Origin: a bacterium
GTDB lineage: Archaea; Thermoplasmatota; E2; JACPAO01; JAHFTW01
Length of the DNA stretch: 64,000 bases
Assembly: GCA_040390065.1 (NCBI GenBank)
Contig: JAZJZE010000009.1
Location: forward strand, 410,930-474,929
Reading direction: 5' to 3'
A program made the position numbers and the translations under genes. Positions 41,644 to 50,681 of the stretch are shown piece after piece; positions within the stretch are counted from its first letter, which is position 1; each line of letters opens with the position of its first letter. Below the pieces are notes generated by a model. That model searched no databases and was not told the origin of the DNA. It worked only from the letters and a program-made list of their open reading frames with translations.

Positions 41644-42366
41644 ATGGACCCACCGCCACCCAAGAACAGAAAACGCATGCTCGCAGGACTTGGCATCGTC
41701 GCCATCCTCGCCACCGGACTCGTCGCCGCCGTCGCGGCCCATGGCTTCGGCGGCGCACCTGGCGGCCCCTTCGCCGCAGCCGCAAACGACGCCACCCGAT
41801 GCCCGCCCGGCGAACTCAGCGAGAGCTCCGGCGCCGTGAACGGCGACTGCATCGCCTTCAACGTGGACGCCGCGACCGGCATGGTCTCGGCCTTCACCCT
41901 CACCGTGAACGGCACGTCCACCCGGCTCGTCGATTCGATCGCCATCCCCGCCCTCGCCGGCGGCTCCGAGACCGTGCGCCGCGACTATGCGTTGGCCACG
42001 GACGACGTGCGCTTCATGGCTCGCGACGGACCCGGCCTCCTCCTTGCAAGCCGCAATGGGACGGCCGCGACCATTACCTTCCCGGCCGACGCCCTGGTCG
42101 TCATCCACGACGCCGTTGCCGACTGGAGCCCCGCCGGCGCGACCGTCACCATCGGTGCCATCAAGTTGAATCTCGTGCTGCCCCCCGGCTCGTCCATGTC
42201 GGCCAACGGCAACACGCTCAGCCTGCAACTGGGCCCAGGCATCGCCTCACTGGAGCCCGCGGGTGCACCGCCCGTGCCGCCCCTCGGTGAAGGCCGTGAC
42301 GGCATGCATGAACGCGGCCAGATGGGCGAAGGCGTGGGTCGGCCCGGCCACCACGGCCCTCGCTGA
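41644..42366 (+). CDS. Secreted or membrane-anchored hypothetical protein with Gly/His-rich ends
   Basis: Basic N-terminus plus hydrophobic helix; C-terminal GRPGHHGPR. Confidence 0.75.
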   Translation: MDPPPPKNRKRMLAGLGIVAILATGLVAAVAAHGFGGAPGGPFAAAANDATRCPPGELSESSGAVNGDCIAFNVDAATGMVSAFTLTVNGTSTRLVDSIAIPALAGGSETVRRDYALATDDVRFMARDGPGLLLASRNGTAATITFPADALVVIHDAVADWSPAGATVTIGAIKLNLVLPPGSSMSANGNTLSLQLGPGIASLEPAGAPPVPPLGEGRDGMHERGQMGEGVGRPGHHGPR

Positions 42367-42531
42367 GCCAATGACCACGCGCTGACAGCCGCTGCAGCAC
42401 CCCGCGACCACCACCCACCGCGCCGGCTGAATGACGCGCACCTCCCCTGTGTATGCCGAATCGGTTTCGCGGGGGCCTCCTGGAACGGCACCGCTTGCCT
42501 TATCCCGATGAGGCCCCGTCGGCAGCCAGCC

Positions 42532-43881
42532 ATGTATGTCATCGTGGGCGGCGCCGGCGAGGTCGGCTCCAACGTGGCGCGCGCCCTTCGCGACGAGGGG
42601 CACGACGTGTGCGTCGTCGACGAGCGGGCGGACCGTCTCGAGCGGCTGCAGGACCTCGACGTCCTCACGGTGCAGGGCAACGTGGCATCGAAGGCCCTGC
42701 TTGAGGCCGAGTGCCGCATCGGCGAAGCCCAACTGCTCGTCGCGTGCACCGGTCACGACGAGGTCAACATGGTCGCAGCCGCGCTGGCAAAAACGTACGG
42801 CGCCCGCACCATCGCACGCATCAACAACACGGATTACCTCAACGTCCCCGACTCGGACGAGTACGCCAAGATGGGCATCGACGCCGCCGTCTGCCCCGAG
42901 ATGGTGGCCGCAATCCGCATCAAGCGTATGCTCAACCAGCCGCGCCTCATGGACGCCGACGTCTTTGCGCAAGGCAAGGTCTTCGTCGCCGAGGGCCGCG
43001 TCACCGAGGACGCCTTCGTCGTGGGCAAGCGCCTAGACGAGGTCGAACCGCCGCCGGGCTTCCACCTGTTCTGCATCTACCGGGGCGACGACGCCATCAT
43101 CCCCAAACCCGCAGTCCGTCTCCAGGCGCACGACCGGCTCCTCATGGCTCTGACCAGCCCGGACGTCCTGCGCGACGTGCAGACCTATATCGGCAAGGCC
43201 CGCCAAGCGCGTGAGGCGAAGGAAGTGAAGCGCGTCATGATCGCCGGCGCCACGCGCGTCGGGATCCAACTCGCCCGTCTGCTCGAACAGTCGAAGCGCG
43301 ACGTGGTCCTGATCGAGAAGGACCCGAAGCTCGCGGAAGCGGCCGGCCAGAAGCTGCAGAAGGCCCTCGTCGTGCACGGCGACGTCACGGACCGCCGCGT
43401 CCTCATCCAGGAGAACGTCGACACCTTCGACGCCTTCGTCGGCGCCACGAAGGTCGAGGAGTACAACGTCCTTGGCGCCCTAATGGCCAAGCAGCTCGGC
43501 GTCGGTCTCACGGTGGCCCTCATCAACCAGCCGGAGTTGAAGGGCTTCCTTGAGGAGATGGACATCGACCTCGCCGTCGCGCCGCGGCTGTCGACGGTGG
43601 GCGCCATCTTACGGCAAGTCCACGGCGGCGCAGACGAGGTGGCTCTGCAGAATGTCGGCCGCGAACGCCTCATCGTCATCCGTGTACGCGAAGGCGCCGC
43701 TGCCATCGGCCAGAAGCTCAAGAAACTCGCCCTGCCCGAGTCGGCCATCATCGCCGCCGTGGTGCGGGGCGACCAGGTCATCCTGCCGCGCGGCGAGGAC
43801 TCCGTCGAGGCGGACGACACCGTCATCGCCTTCTCGTTGCACGAAGGGGCCGAGGAACTGGAGCGCCTGCTCACCCCATGA
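42532..43881 (+). CDS. trkA: Trk system potassium uptake protein TrkA
   Basis: Two RCK_N/RCK_C pairs; GGAGEVG and AGATRVG nucleotide-binding motifs. Confidence 0.94.
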   Translation: MYVIVGGAGEVGSNVARALRDEGHDVCVVDERADRLERLQDLDVLTVQGNVASKALLEAECRIGEAQLLVACTGHDEVNMVAAALAKTYGARTIARINNTDYLNVPDSDEYAKMGIDAAVCPEMVAAIRIKRMLNQPRLMDADVFAQGKVFVAEGRVTEDAFVVGKRLDEVEPPPGFHLFCIYRGDDAIIPKPAVRLQAHDRLLMALTSPDVLRDVQTYIGKARQAREAKEVKRVMIAGATRVGIQLARLLEQSKRDVVLIEKDPKLAEAAGQKLQKALVVHGDVTDRRVLIQENVDTFDAFVGATKVEEYNVLGALMAKQLGVGLTVALINQPELKGFLEEMDIDLAVAPRLSTVGAILRQVHGGADEVALQNVGRERLIVIRVREGAAAIGQKLKKLALPESAIIAAVVRGDQVILPRGEDSVEADDTVIAFSLHEGAEELERLLTP

Positions 43882-45386
43882 TCCGCGTCGCCCGCATCCT
43901 CTCGGCCGTGGCGGCCATCACGCGCCTCTTCAGCGTGGCGCTCCTGCTGCCCATCCTCATCGCGTTCGCCTACGAGCCATGGGACGCCAGCATCTTCGGC
44001 GTCCCTGCCCCGGGCACCGCGCTGGACTTCCTGGCCGCATTCGCCGCGTGCTGCGCATTCTGGGTTCCGGCAAGCATCGCGACGCGACGCGTCAAGGATG
44101 ACGACCTGCTCGACCGCGAGGCGTACCTCACCATGGCCGTCGGTTGGCTCGTCGTCACGGCCTTCGCCATGCTGCCGTTCCTGCTGTCCGGCACCATTGC
44201 CCGTCCGATCGACGCGTTCTTCGAGGCGATGAGCGGGCTGACCGGGACGGGGTCGAGCGCCCTGTCGCCGGATGCAAACCCCGCCGCGAGCGTCATCTGG
44301 TGGCGCGCCTTCACGCAGTGGTTGGGCGGCCTCGGCATCATCATCCTCACGGTCGCGCTGCTGTCGAAACTGACGCACGGCGGCCTGCAGCTGTTTCGCG
44401 GCGAGGCTGGGGCAAGCACGGCCAGCCGCATCAAGCCCAAGGTCGCGGAAGTAGCGCGCGGCCTTTGGCGCATGTATGGCATCATCACGATCCTGTTCGT
44501 CGCCGCCCTCGCGCTGCTCATCCACTTTCGCCTCGGCGTCGCCGGAAAGGAATCGCTGTTCCAAGGCATGGTCGGGTCGTTCGCGGCGTACGGCAACGGT
44601 GCCTTTGCCAGCCCTGGCATGCTTGCGTCGCTGCAGGACGGATGGGTACAGGCCCTCGTCGCCCTCATGATGGTGGCCGGAGCCACGAACTTCACGTTGG
44701 CATTCCTGCTCGTGCGCCGGGCCCAGGCGCGGCCGATCCTCAGCAATCCCGAGTGGCGCTTCTTCGCCGTCTGGACCCTCGTGGCCATCTCCGTGACATC
44801 GCTCGTCCTGGCGTGGCACGGCTGGCGGCCTGGCGAAGCGCTTCACCAGGGAGCATTCACGACCATCTCGCTGTCGACGGGAGCCGGTCTTGGGGCAGGA
44901 CACGCGGGGTGGCCCGCGGCCGGCGTCCTCGTCCTTCTCGTGCTCGTCCTCGTTGGCGGCACGGCGGGCTCCGCGGCCGGCGGCATCAAGGCGTTTCGTG
45001 CCTTCGTCCTTCTTCGCCTGGTCGGCCGCGAGATGCGCCAGATGCTGCATCCCCGCGCCATCCTGCCCCTGCGCGTCGGCGCCCGCGTCGTGCCGGAAGG
45101 GGCCGTGAGCGCGGTCATCGCCTTCTTCTTCACCTACCTCGGCCTCTGGCTGCTCGGCGCCTTCCTCCTCCTGCTGTTCCAACCTGGCCTCGACCTGATC
45201 GGTGCCACCGGCACGGCCCTTGCGGCGCTCGGCAACGTCGGCGGATGGTTCGGGGACCCGGCATCGCTTGGCACGGCGGCGTTCTCACCCGCAAGCAAGC
45301 TCGTCCTCGTGCTGCTCATGTGGATGGGGCGCCTCGAAATCTTCGCCGCCCTGCTGGTCTTCACGCCGCGCAGTTGGCGCAACTGA
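43878..45386 (+). CDS. trkH: Trk system potassium uptake protein TrkH
   Basis: FFEAMSGLTGTG, QWLGGLGII, GSAAGGIK, MWMGRLE. Confidence 0.93.
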   Translation: MIRVARILSAVAAITRLFSVALLLPILIAFAYEPWDASIFGVPAPGTALDFLAAFAACCAFWVPASIATRRVKDDDLLDREAYLTMAVGWLVVTAFAMLPFLLSGTIARPIDAFFEAMSGLTGTGSSALSPDANPAASVIWWRAFTQWLGGLGIIILTVALLSKLTHGGLQLFRGEAGASTASRIKPKVAEVARGLWRMYGIITILFVAALALLIHFRLGVAGKESLFQGMVGSFAAYGNGAFASPGMLASLQDGWVQALVALMMVAGATNFTLAFLLVRRAQARPILSNPEWRFFAVWTLVAISVTSLVLAWHGWRPGEALHQGAFTTISLSTGAGLGAGHAGWPAAGVLVLLVLVLVGGTAGSAAGGIKAFRAFVLLRLVGREMRQMLHPRAILPLRVGARVVPEGAVSAVIAFFFTYLGLWLLGAFLLLLFQPGLDLIGATGTALAALGNVGGWFGDPASLGTAAFSPASKLVLVLLMWMGRLEIFAALLVFTPRSWRN

Positions 45387-45389
45387 CAA

Positions 45390-47345
45390 GTGGACCGTCG
45401 CCGTCGTCGACGCGTGCAGGCACCAGGGCCGGCCGACGGCGCCATCGCGGCCAAGCTGGCCGAAGGCCTGCGCAGCGGCTCCATCCGTGACCGCGAGGCC
45501 CTGCAGAAAACGAAGCTTGGCGAATCGCGTCGCCTCGGCGTTGCCGCCCCCACGGATGCCGACGTCGCGCATCGCCTTCCTGCCGACCTGCGCACGCGGT
45601 TTGCCGCGCTGCTTCGCACCAAGCCGACGCGCTCGCGCTCCGGTGTCGCCGTCGTGGCCGTCATGTCGAGCCCGGCCGCTTGCCCGCACGGCAAGTGCAC
45701 CTTCTGCCCCGGCGGCCCCGAAGTCGGCGTGCCCCAGAGCTACACCGGCTTCGAGCCGTCGACGATGCGCGCCATCCGCCACGCCTACGACCCGTACCGC
45801 ATCGTGCGTGGACGCCTGGCCCAGCTGCAACGCAACGGGCACGCCATCGACAAGGTCGAGATTGTCGTCCAGGGCGGGACATTCCCTGCCCGCGAGCAGG
45901 CCTACCAGGACTGGTTTGCGGCGGGCACCTACGCGGGCCTGAACGATGGGCCAAGCGACGAGGACTTGCCCTGGCAAAGCGAGGCGGAGTGGTCACTGCA
46001 AGGCGACGCCGAACGCCTGCGGCGCCTGGCCATGGTCATGCACGCCAACGAGAGTGCGCCATCGCGCTGCGTCGGACTCACGATCGAAACAAAGCCGGAC
46101 TGGTGCCTCGAGCCGCATGTCGACGGGATGCTGCGACTGGGGGCGACACGCGTCGAAGTCGGCATCCAGACCCTCGACGAAGGCGTCCTATTGGCCACGC
46201 ATCGGGGCCATACGTTGGACGATTCGCGCAATGCCATGCGGATTGCGCGCGATGCCGGATTCAAAGTGTGTGCACACATGATGCCGGGGCTTCCCCGTCA
46301 GGGGAAGACACGGCTTTCCGAGGTCGCCTCCAGCGACCTTGGGATGCCGGGACTTCCCCGTCAGGGGAAGGCACGGCTTGACGGGGTTGCCGCAGGCGAC
46401 CTTCAGATGCCGGGGCTTCCCCGTCAGGGGAAGGCACGGCTTGACGAGGTTGCCGCAGGCGACCTTGGGATGCCTGGATTGCGGCGCGCCCGCCACCCGT
46501 CAACCGATGCCACGGACGCAACCGACACAACGCACGGACGTCTCGACCCGGACCCGGAGGCTGACGTCGAGGACATGCGGCGCCTGTTTGCGGAGGCCGA
46601 TTGGCGGCCGGACATGCTCAAGATCTACCCGACGCTGGTCGTGATGGAGGGCGAGACGCTTCTCAAGCGGCAATGGGAGCGCGGCGAATACCACCCGTAC
46701 GACTCGTCGCAGGCCGCCGAGGTCATTGCCCGCGGCAAGGCGTTCGTTCCCGAGTATTGCCGCATCCAACGCGTGGACCGGGACATCCCGACCACGCACG
46801 TGGAAGCCGGCGTCATGAACTCCAACCTGCGGCAGATCGTGCACGAACGCATGGCCGCCGCGGGCACCTCATGCCGTTGCATCCGCTGCCGCGAGGCCGG
46901 CCATCGGGCCGATGAGGGCCGGCCCGTCGACGCCGAGAATCTCATGCTCGTCCGTCGCGACTACGACGCGAGCGGCGCCATGGAGACGTTCCTGAGTCTC
47001 GAGGATGCGCAGGCGGATGCGGTCGCGGCGTTCCTGCGTCTGCGCCGCGTCGGCCCCGACGCGCACCGGGCCGAAACGCAAGGCGTCGCGGGCGGTGTGG
47101 CGTTCATCCGCGAGCTCAAGGTGTACGGCACGGCCCTGGCACTCGGCGAATCCGATGATCCCGACGAGGGCACGTGGCAGCACCGCGGCTTTGGTGCCCG
47201 ACTGCTGGCGGAGGCCGAGCGCGTCGCGTTCTCCGAGTGGGGCGTCGGACGTCTCCTCGTCATCGCGGGCGTCGGCGTGAAGGAATACTACCGCCAGCGC
47301 GGGTACTCCGACTGCGGGGCGTACGTGGCCAAGGACAAGGCTTGA
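45390..47345 (+). CDS. elp3: Elp3 tRNA uridine(34) acetyltransferase (radical SAM + GNAT), with internal insertion
   Basis: KPTRSRSGVAVVAVM, CPHGKCTFCPGG, PQSYTGFEP, LKIYPTLV, CRCIRCRE, WQHRGFG. Confidence 0.95.
   Translation: MDRRRRRRVQAPGPADGAIAAKLAEGLRSGSIRDREALQKTKLGESRRLGVAAPTDADVAHRLPADLRTRFAALLRTKPTRSRSGVAVVAVMSSPAACPHGKCTFCPGGPEVGVPQSYTGFEPSTMRAIRHAYDPYRIVRGRLAQLQRNGHAIDKVEIVVQGGTFPAREQAYQDWFAAGTYAGLNDGPSDEDLPWQSEAEWSLQGDAERLRRLAMVMHANESAPSRCVGLTIETKPDWCLEPHVDGMLRLGATRVEVGIQTLDEGVLLATHRGHTLDDSRNAMRIARDAGFKVCAHMMPGLPRQGKTRLSEVASSDLGMPGLPRQGKARLDGVAAGDLQMPGLPRQGKARLDEVAAGDLGMPGLRRARHPSTDATDATDTTHGRLDPDPEADVEDMRRLFAEADWRPDMLKIYPTLVVMEGETLLKRQWERGEYHPYDSSQAAEVIARGKAFVPEYCRIQRVDRDIPTTHVEAGVMNSNLRQIVHERMAAAGTSCRCIRCREAGHRADEGRPVDAENLMLVRRDYDASGAMETFLSLEDAQADAVAAFLRLRRVGPDAHRAETQGVAGGVAFIRELKVYGTALALGESDDPDEGTWQHRGFGARLLAEAERVAFSEWGVGRLLVIAGVGVKEYYRQRGYSDCGAYVAKDKA
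46281..46481 (+). repeat. 63-bp tandem repeat (3 copies plus partial) inside elp3
   Basis: Units start at 46281, 46344, 46407 and 46470; each full unit holds the hairpin CTTCCCC-GTCA-GGGGAAG. Confidence 0.92.
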
Positions 47346-47415
47346 AAGGGGCCCCCTGACCGCCTTCTAGGGCCTTGTGGCCAGGTACTTCATTGTCGAA
47401 CCCTGGCACTCGTGT

Positions 47416-47700
47416 CTAGCCAAGTTCGAGGTCCGGCCTTGCCGGCCGGCGGGGCCGAAAACGCCAGAGAGCAAACACACCGGCGGCGATGCCAGCCGTG
47501 GCGAGCGCGCACGCATAGAAGCGATCGAAAATCGACGTTTCGCGCCCGAGCCACAGGCCGGCGAGGAACGACCCGAGATAGGCCCCCGACACGCCGAGAA
47601 GTACCATCCCCGAGAAGAACGTTGCAACGCGTTGTAGGTGCTTTTCTTGCGCAACAATCGCGGGGGCGACGCGTGATTGTACCCGGGCCACCGGCTTCAC
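47416..47700 (-). CDS. Small 2-TM membrane protein
   Basis: Starts 3 nt after the upstream stop; two hydrophobic segments and a basic tail. Confidence 0.5.
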   Translation of the reverse strand: MKPVARVQSRVAPAIVAQEKHLQRVATFFSGMVLLGVSGAYLGSFLAGLWLGRETSIFDRFYACALATAGIAAGVFALWRFRPRRPARPDLELG

Positions 47701-47703
47701 GGG

Positions 47704-48795
47704 TCACCCCCTCGAGAGGGAATAAGGTGGACGGGGCTCCGAAAGGAATCCGTTGTGACGAAAGTCGTAGACTTTCACGTCCATGCGGGGCCAAAATGAG
47801 TCCGCAAGAAGAAGAATTGGGCCGTTCTCAGCGGGGTACGCAAGCCAGTCGCCGTATTCAATCCCGACAAGTCCGACCTCCCGGGACGATTGCTGGAAAA
47901 CCACGGTTGCCGACTCGACGTGCATCGTCGAATTGAAGAACCGCAGTTCCGCGTCCTGCGGATTTGTTGCCTGATCGTCGATGAACAGCATTGCGCTACC
48001 AAAGGACGTTTGCAGTTCCGCCGTGCCGCCATGAGTGACTTCGGCGTAAGAGCCGCGGGCCCAGGCGGCCGGGCCGTCAAGCCGATCAAGCCCGACGCCG
48101 CATCGGATCGCGGTCGGCGGTAGGTACGTCACTTGCACTGCTGCGCTGGAGCGGATGGTCAAGGAAAGCTGATTACTGTGACCCTGGAAATCCGTTCCGT
48201 GGACGCCGTACGAAGGGCTCCGGCCCCCCAGTTGTACGTTAATCGTATCCCCACCATCGACCGTCCAGTTCCGCCCTTGCATGATACGGATTGGCGTCCC
48301 TGTAAACGTACGTGCTGGCGAGCCGGGATTTGCAGACGGGCCGGCTGGCCCCGATTGCGCGGCTACCGATGTCTCGTAGTCTCCATGGGCAAAGGCCGCC
48401 ACTACTAGTGAATCAGCGCGGGACGACGCAACTAGACCCGAGTTGTTACCCGCCGGAGCCATGGCGGGGCCGGGGTTTAGTGCCGCTGTGGCGACGGCGC
48501 AATCGCTGGATGGCCCAACGCTGCCTACGGCCCCTGAAATGGTGACGTTGGCAACCCCGGACGTAGCAAACCGGACTGCATAGTTGACGGTGGAGTTTGA
48601 ATAATCCTGGTCGCTAAGACGGAAGAGAATCTCGCTTTCGCTCCCCGTCTCGTCTAGCCGGAAGCTGCGGCCAGGGGCCCGATCGGGGGGGTGACTTGTC
48701 ACGTGCGGGCCGGCCAAGCTCTCATCCTGAACACAACCCGTAGCGCCAAGGAGAATCGCCACCGCAATGGCCACCAGCGTTCTACGGATATGCAT
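47704..48795 (-). CDS. Hypothetical lipoprotein (atypical codon usage)
   Basis: MHIRRTLVAIAVAILLGATGC lipobox; overlaps the upstream gene by 14 nt. Confidence 0.72.
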   Translation of the reverse strand: MHIRRTLVAIAVAILLGATGCVQDESLAGPHVTSHPPDRAPGRSFRLDETGSESEILFRLSDQDYSNSTVNYAVRFATSGVANVTISGAVGSVGPSSDCAVATAALNPGPAMAPAGNNSGLVASSRADSLVVAAFAHGDYETSVAAQSGPAGPSANPGSPARTFTGTPIRIMQGRNWTVDGGDTINVQLGGRSPSYGVHGTDFQGHSNQLSLTIRSSAAVQVTYLPPTAIRCGVGLDRLDGPAAWARGSYAEVTHGGTAELQTSFGSAMLFIDDQATNPQDAELRFFNSTMHVESATVVFQQSSREVGLVGIEYGDWLAYPAENGPILLLADSFWPRMDVKVYDFRHNGFLSEPRPPYSLSRG

Positions 48796-50602
48796 GATCA
48801 GCGCCCAGGTCGCCCGAAAAGTCGCCGTCGATTGAAACCAGCGGAATGGGGAAACTAGTGCCCAAGCCCTCGATGTAAGCCGATCCAGTCGCACACTTTT
48901 CTCCACCAGTAAACCGATACTCAACGGCGGCCTGGGCCACCGTCAGGACTTGGGCCCCACAGTCGGTAAGCTGCACGACGAGCCGGAGATTCTTGCAGTC
49001 AGCCACACCAGTGCAGTCAATGAGGACTGTGCCGGAACTGCCCGCCGTCCAATAGACCCCGTGAGCGAGGGGAATGGCCGTAACCGGAATGGGCGGGTTG
49101 TTTGAAAACACCGTCACCGCAAGGGACGCGTTCAGCCAGGCCATGGCCCCGCCCCCGGGCACGTAGGCGGCCGGCACGGGACTGCCCGAAACCGACACAT
49201 TTGTTCCTGATGCATCGTCAGAATGTGTGTTCTGCCACAATGCAAACTGGGCCCGAGCGGCGATTCGAGATTGGTCCCAGGCGTCAATGCACACCTGTTT
49301 CCCTTTCACGTAGCCATGATCATGGTAGACCGGATAAGGGTTAAGGCCCTGTGCGGCCGTGTCGCTGTACCCGTTTCCGGAACTGGCGCCGGCAACCATC
49401 AGCGGACCGATGGCCACTGGGACATTTGTGAAGGTGTTGTTGTTCGCCCCGCCCCAGTAGGTTTTTACACCTTCGACGCCGCAGTCAAGGTAGCCGCCAT
49501 TCGCAATTTCCCAAGCCTCCCTATCGCAGGCCTTCTGCGCATTATCCCCGAACCAATCGGCCATGAAGCCCAAAGCAACGCCGCCTGCCAAGATTATCAG
49601 CCCTTCCGGGAACGTCGCTCCAATGGCCTCCGATGCCCCCCAGAGAAAGACGTCGGCGCCCTTTGCTACGTTCCGATAGAAATCCTTCCCGGCGCAGGTC
49701 GCATGATCACGTCGCATTTGGTCCCAGTTGGGATAGACGCGCGTGGCTGGGTTTTCGTAGATTTGGCCCTCCTCGTAGCAAGCCACTTGGCCAATGGTCC
49801 CCTTTGTTAGGATTGGGAGTGCTAGGGACACGATGGCGAATGAATTGGCGGACACGACCTTGGAGGCAAGAGCGGGCGCATTCACTCGAAGGTACCATTG
49901 ACCAGCCGCCTGCGTCGTCTCCTTGCGGTGGCATCGACCATCGGAACCCGGCAGCGGGTCGGTCGGCTGGGGGAAATTGTTGTAGAGCAGATTTGCGGTT
50001 GCATTGGCTGCCGCATCAAGCTGCGGCTCGACTAGTACGCCTACGGCTTCAACCGTTGCGTTCACGAAGGCGCGTGCCGTGAGGACTTGGTCACAAACAG
50101 CCGCCACAACTAGGCAGGGGGACGATCGGGCGGACTGGCACAACGCCTCAAGGTGGGGAAGGCTGGGGTCAAACCGCGACAACCCGCCCAGCGGTGCACA
50201 CACGTACTCTGCAACAGATTCCGAAAGGGCACCAGCGTATTGCAAAATCGGGAGCACGATTTCCTGGGCGAGGTATGAGGCGTAGTGGAGCGCCAGGCAT
50301 TCGCGCTCATCCGGAGAGCCCGTCTGGTAGCCGGAACAATTCGCAGGTGGTGGCGGTGGCGGCGAGCCTGGGACTGGAGGGCATTGCACCGAGGGGTCAG
50401 AGCATGGAGGCATTCCCCAGCAGGGATCGCCATGTGTTGCGAGTGGGGGCACCTTGCTGATGAGCAGCGCCCAGGCCGCCTCGCACGGGTGGGCAGCCGC
50501 AACCGGCTTTGGTGAAATCCCAGGCATTCCGACGAGCGCAATTGCGACGAACGTTGCAACCATTCGAGACGCCACACGAACCTTCGACGAAGTCGCCTTC
50601 AA
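48782..50602 (-). CDS. Large secreted Cys-rich hypothetical protein (atypical codon usage)
   Basis: 606-aa ORF with signal peptide, many Cys, an internal hydrophobic segment, and a GGTGA/GGAG SD-like sequence before the TTG. Confidence 0.75.
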   Translation of the reverse strand: MKATSSKVRVASRMVATFVAIALVGMPGISPKPVAAAHPCEAAWALLISKVPPLATHGDPCWGMPPCSDPSVQCPPVPGSPPPPPPANCSGYQTGSPDERECLALHYASYLAQEIVLPILQYAGALSESVAEYVCAPLGGLSRFDPSLPHLEALCQSARSSPCLVVAAVCDQVLTARAFVNATVEAVGVLVEPQLDAAANATANLLYNNFPQPTDPLPGSDGRCHRKETTQAAGQWYLRVNAPALASKVVSANSFAIVSLALPILTKGTIGQVACYEEGQIYENPATRVYPNWDQMRRDHATCAGKDFYRNVAKGADVFLWGASEAIGATFPEGLIILAGGVALGFMADWFGDNAQKACDREAWEIANGGYLDCGVEGVKTYWGGANNNTFTNVPVAIGPLMVAGASSGNGYSDTAAQGLNPYPVYHDHGYVKGKQVCIDAWDQSRIAARAQFALWQNTHSDDASGTNVSVSGSPVPAAYVPGGGAMAWLNASLAVTVFSNNPPIPVTAIPLAHGVYWTAGSSGTVLIDCTGVADCKNLRLVVQLTDCGAQVLTVAQAAVEYRFTGGEKCATGSAYIEGLGTSFPIPLVSIDGDFSGDLGADHAYP

Positions 50603-50681
50603 TCTCCACTCACCAAGCCCTGTAGACGGGGGGGGGGTAATCAGTTTTCGCCCCCACCGGGCACCATCATCGATTGTCTCG

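Noticed and set aside
42370-42531. c-di-AMP (ydaO) riboswitch upstream of trkA, suggested by GCTGAAT and GCCGAATC words
   Set aside because: The remaining consensus elements are missing, and a TATA-like box about 30 nt before the ATG implies a leaderless transcript.
46281-46481. CRISPR-like array (palindromic repeat with 63-bp period)
   Set aside because: The intervening segments are homologous to each other, the array is in frame within elp3, and no cas genes are present.
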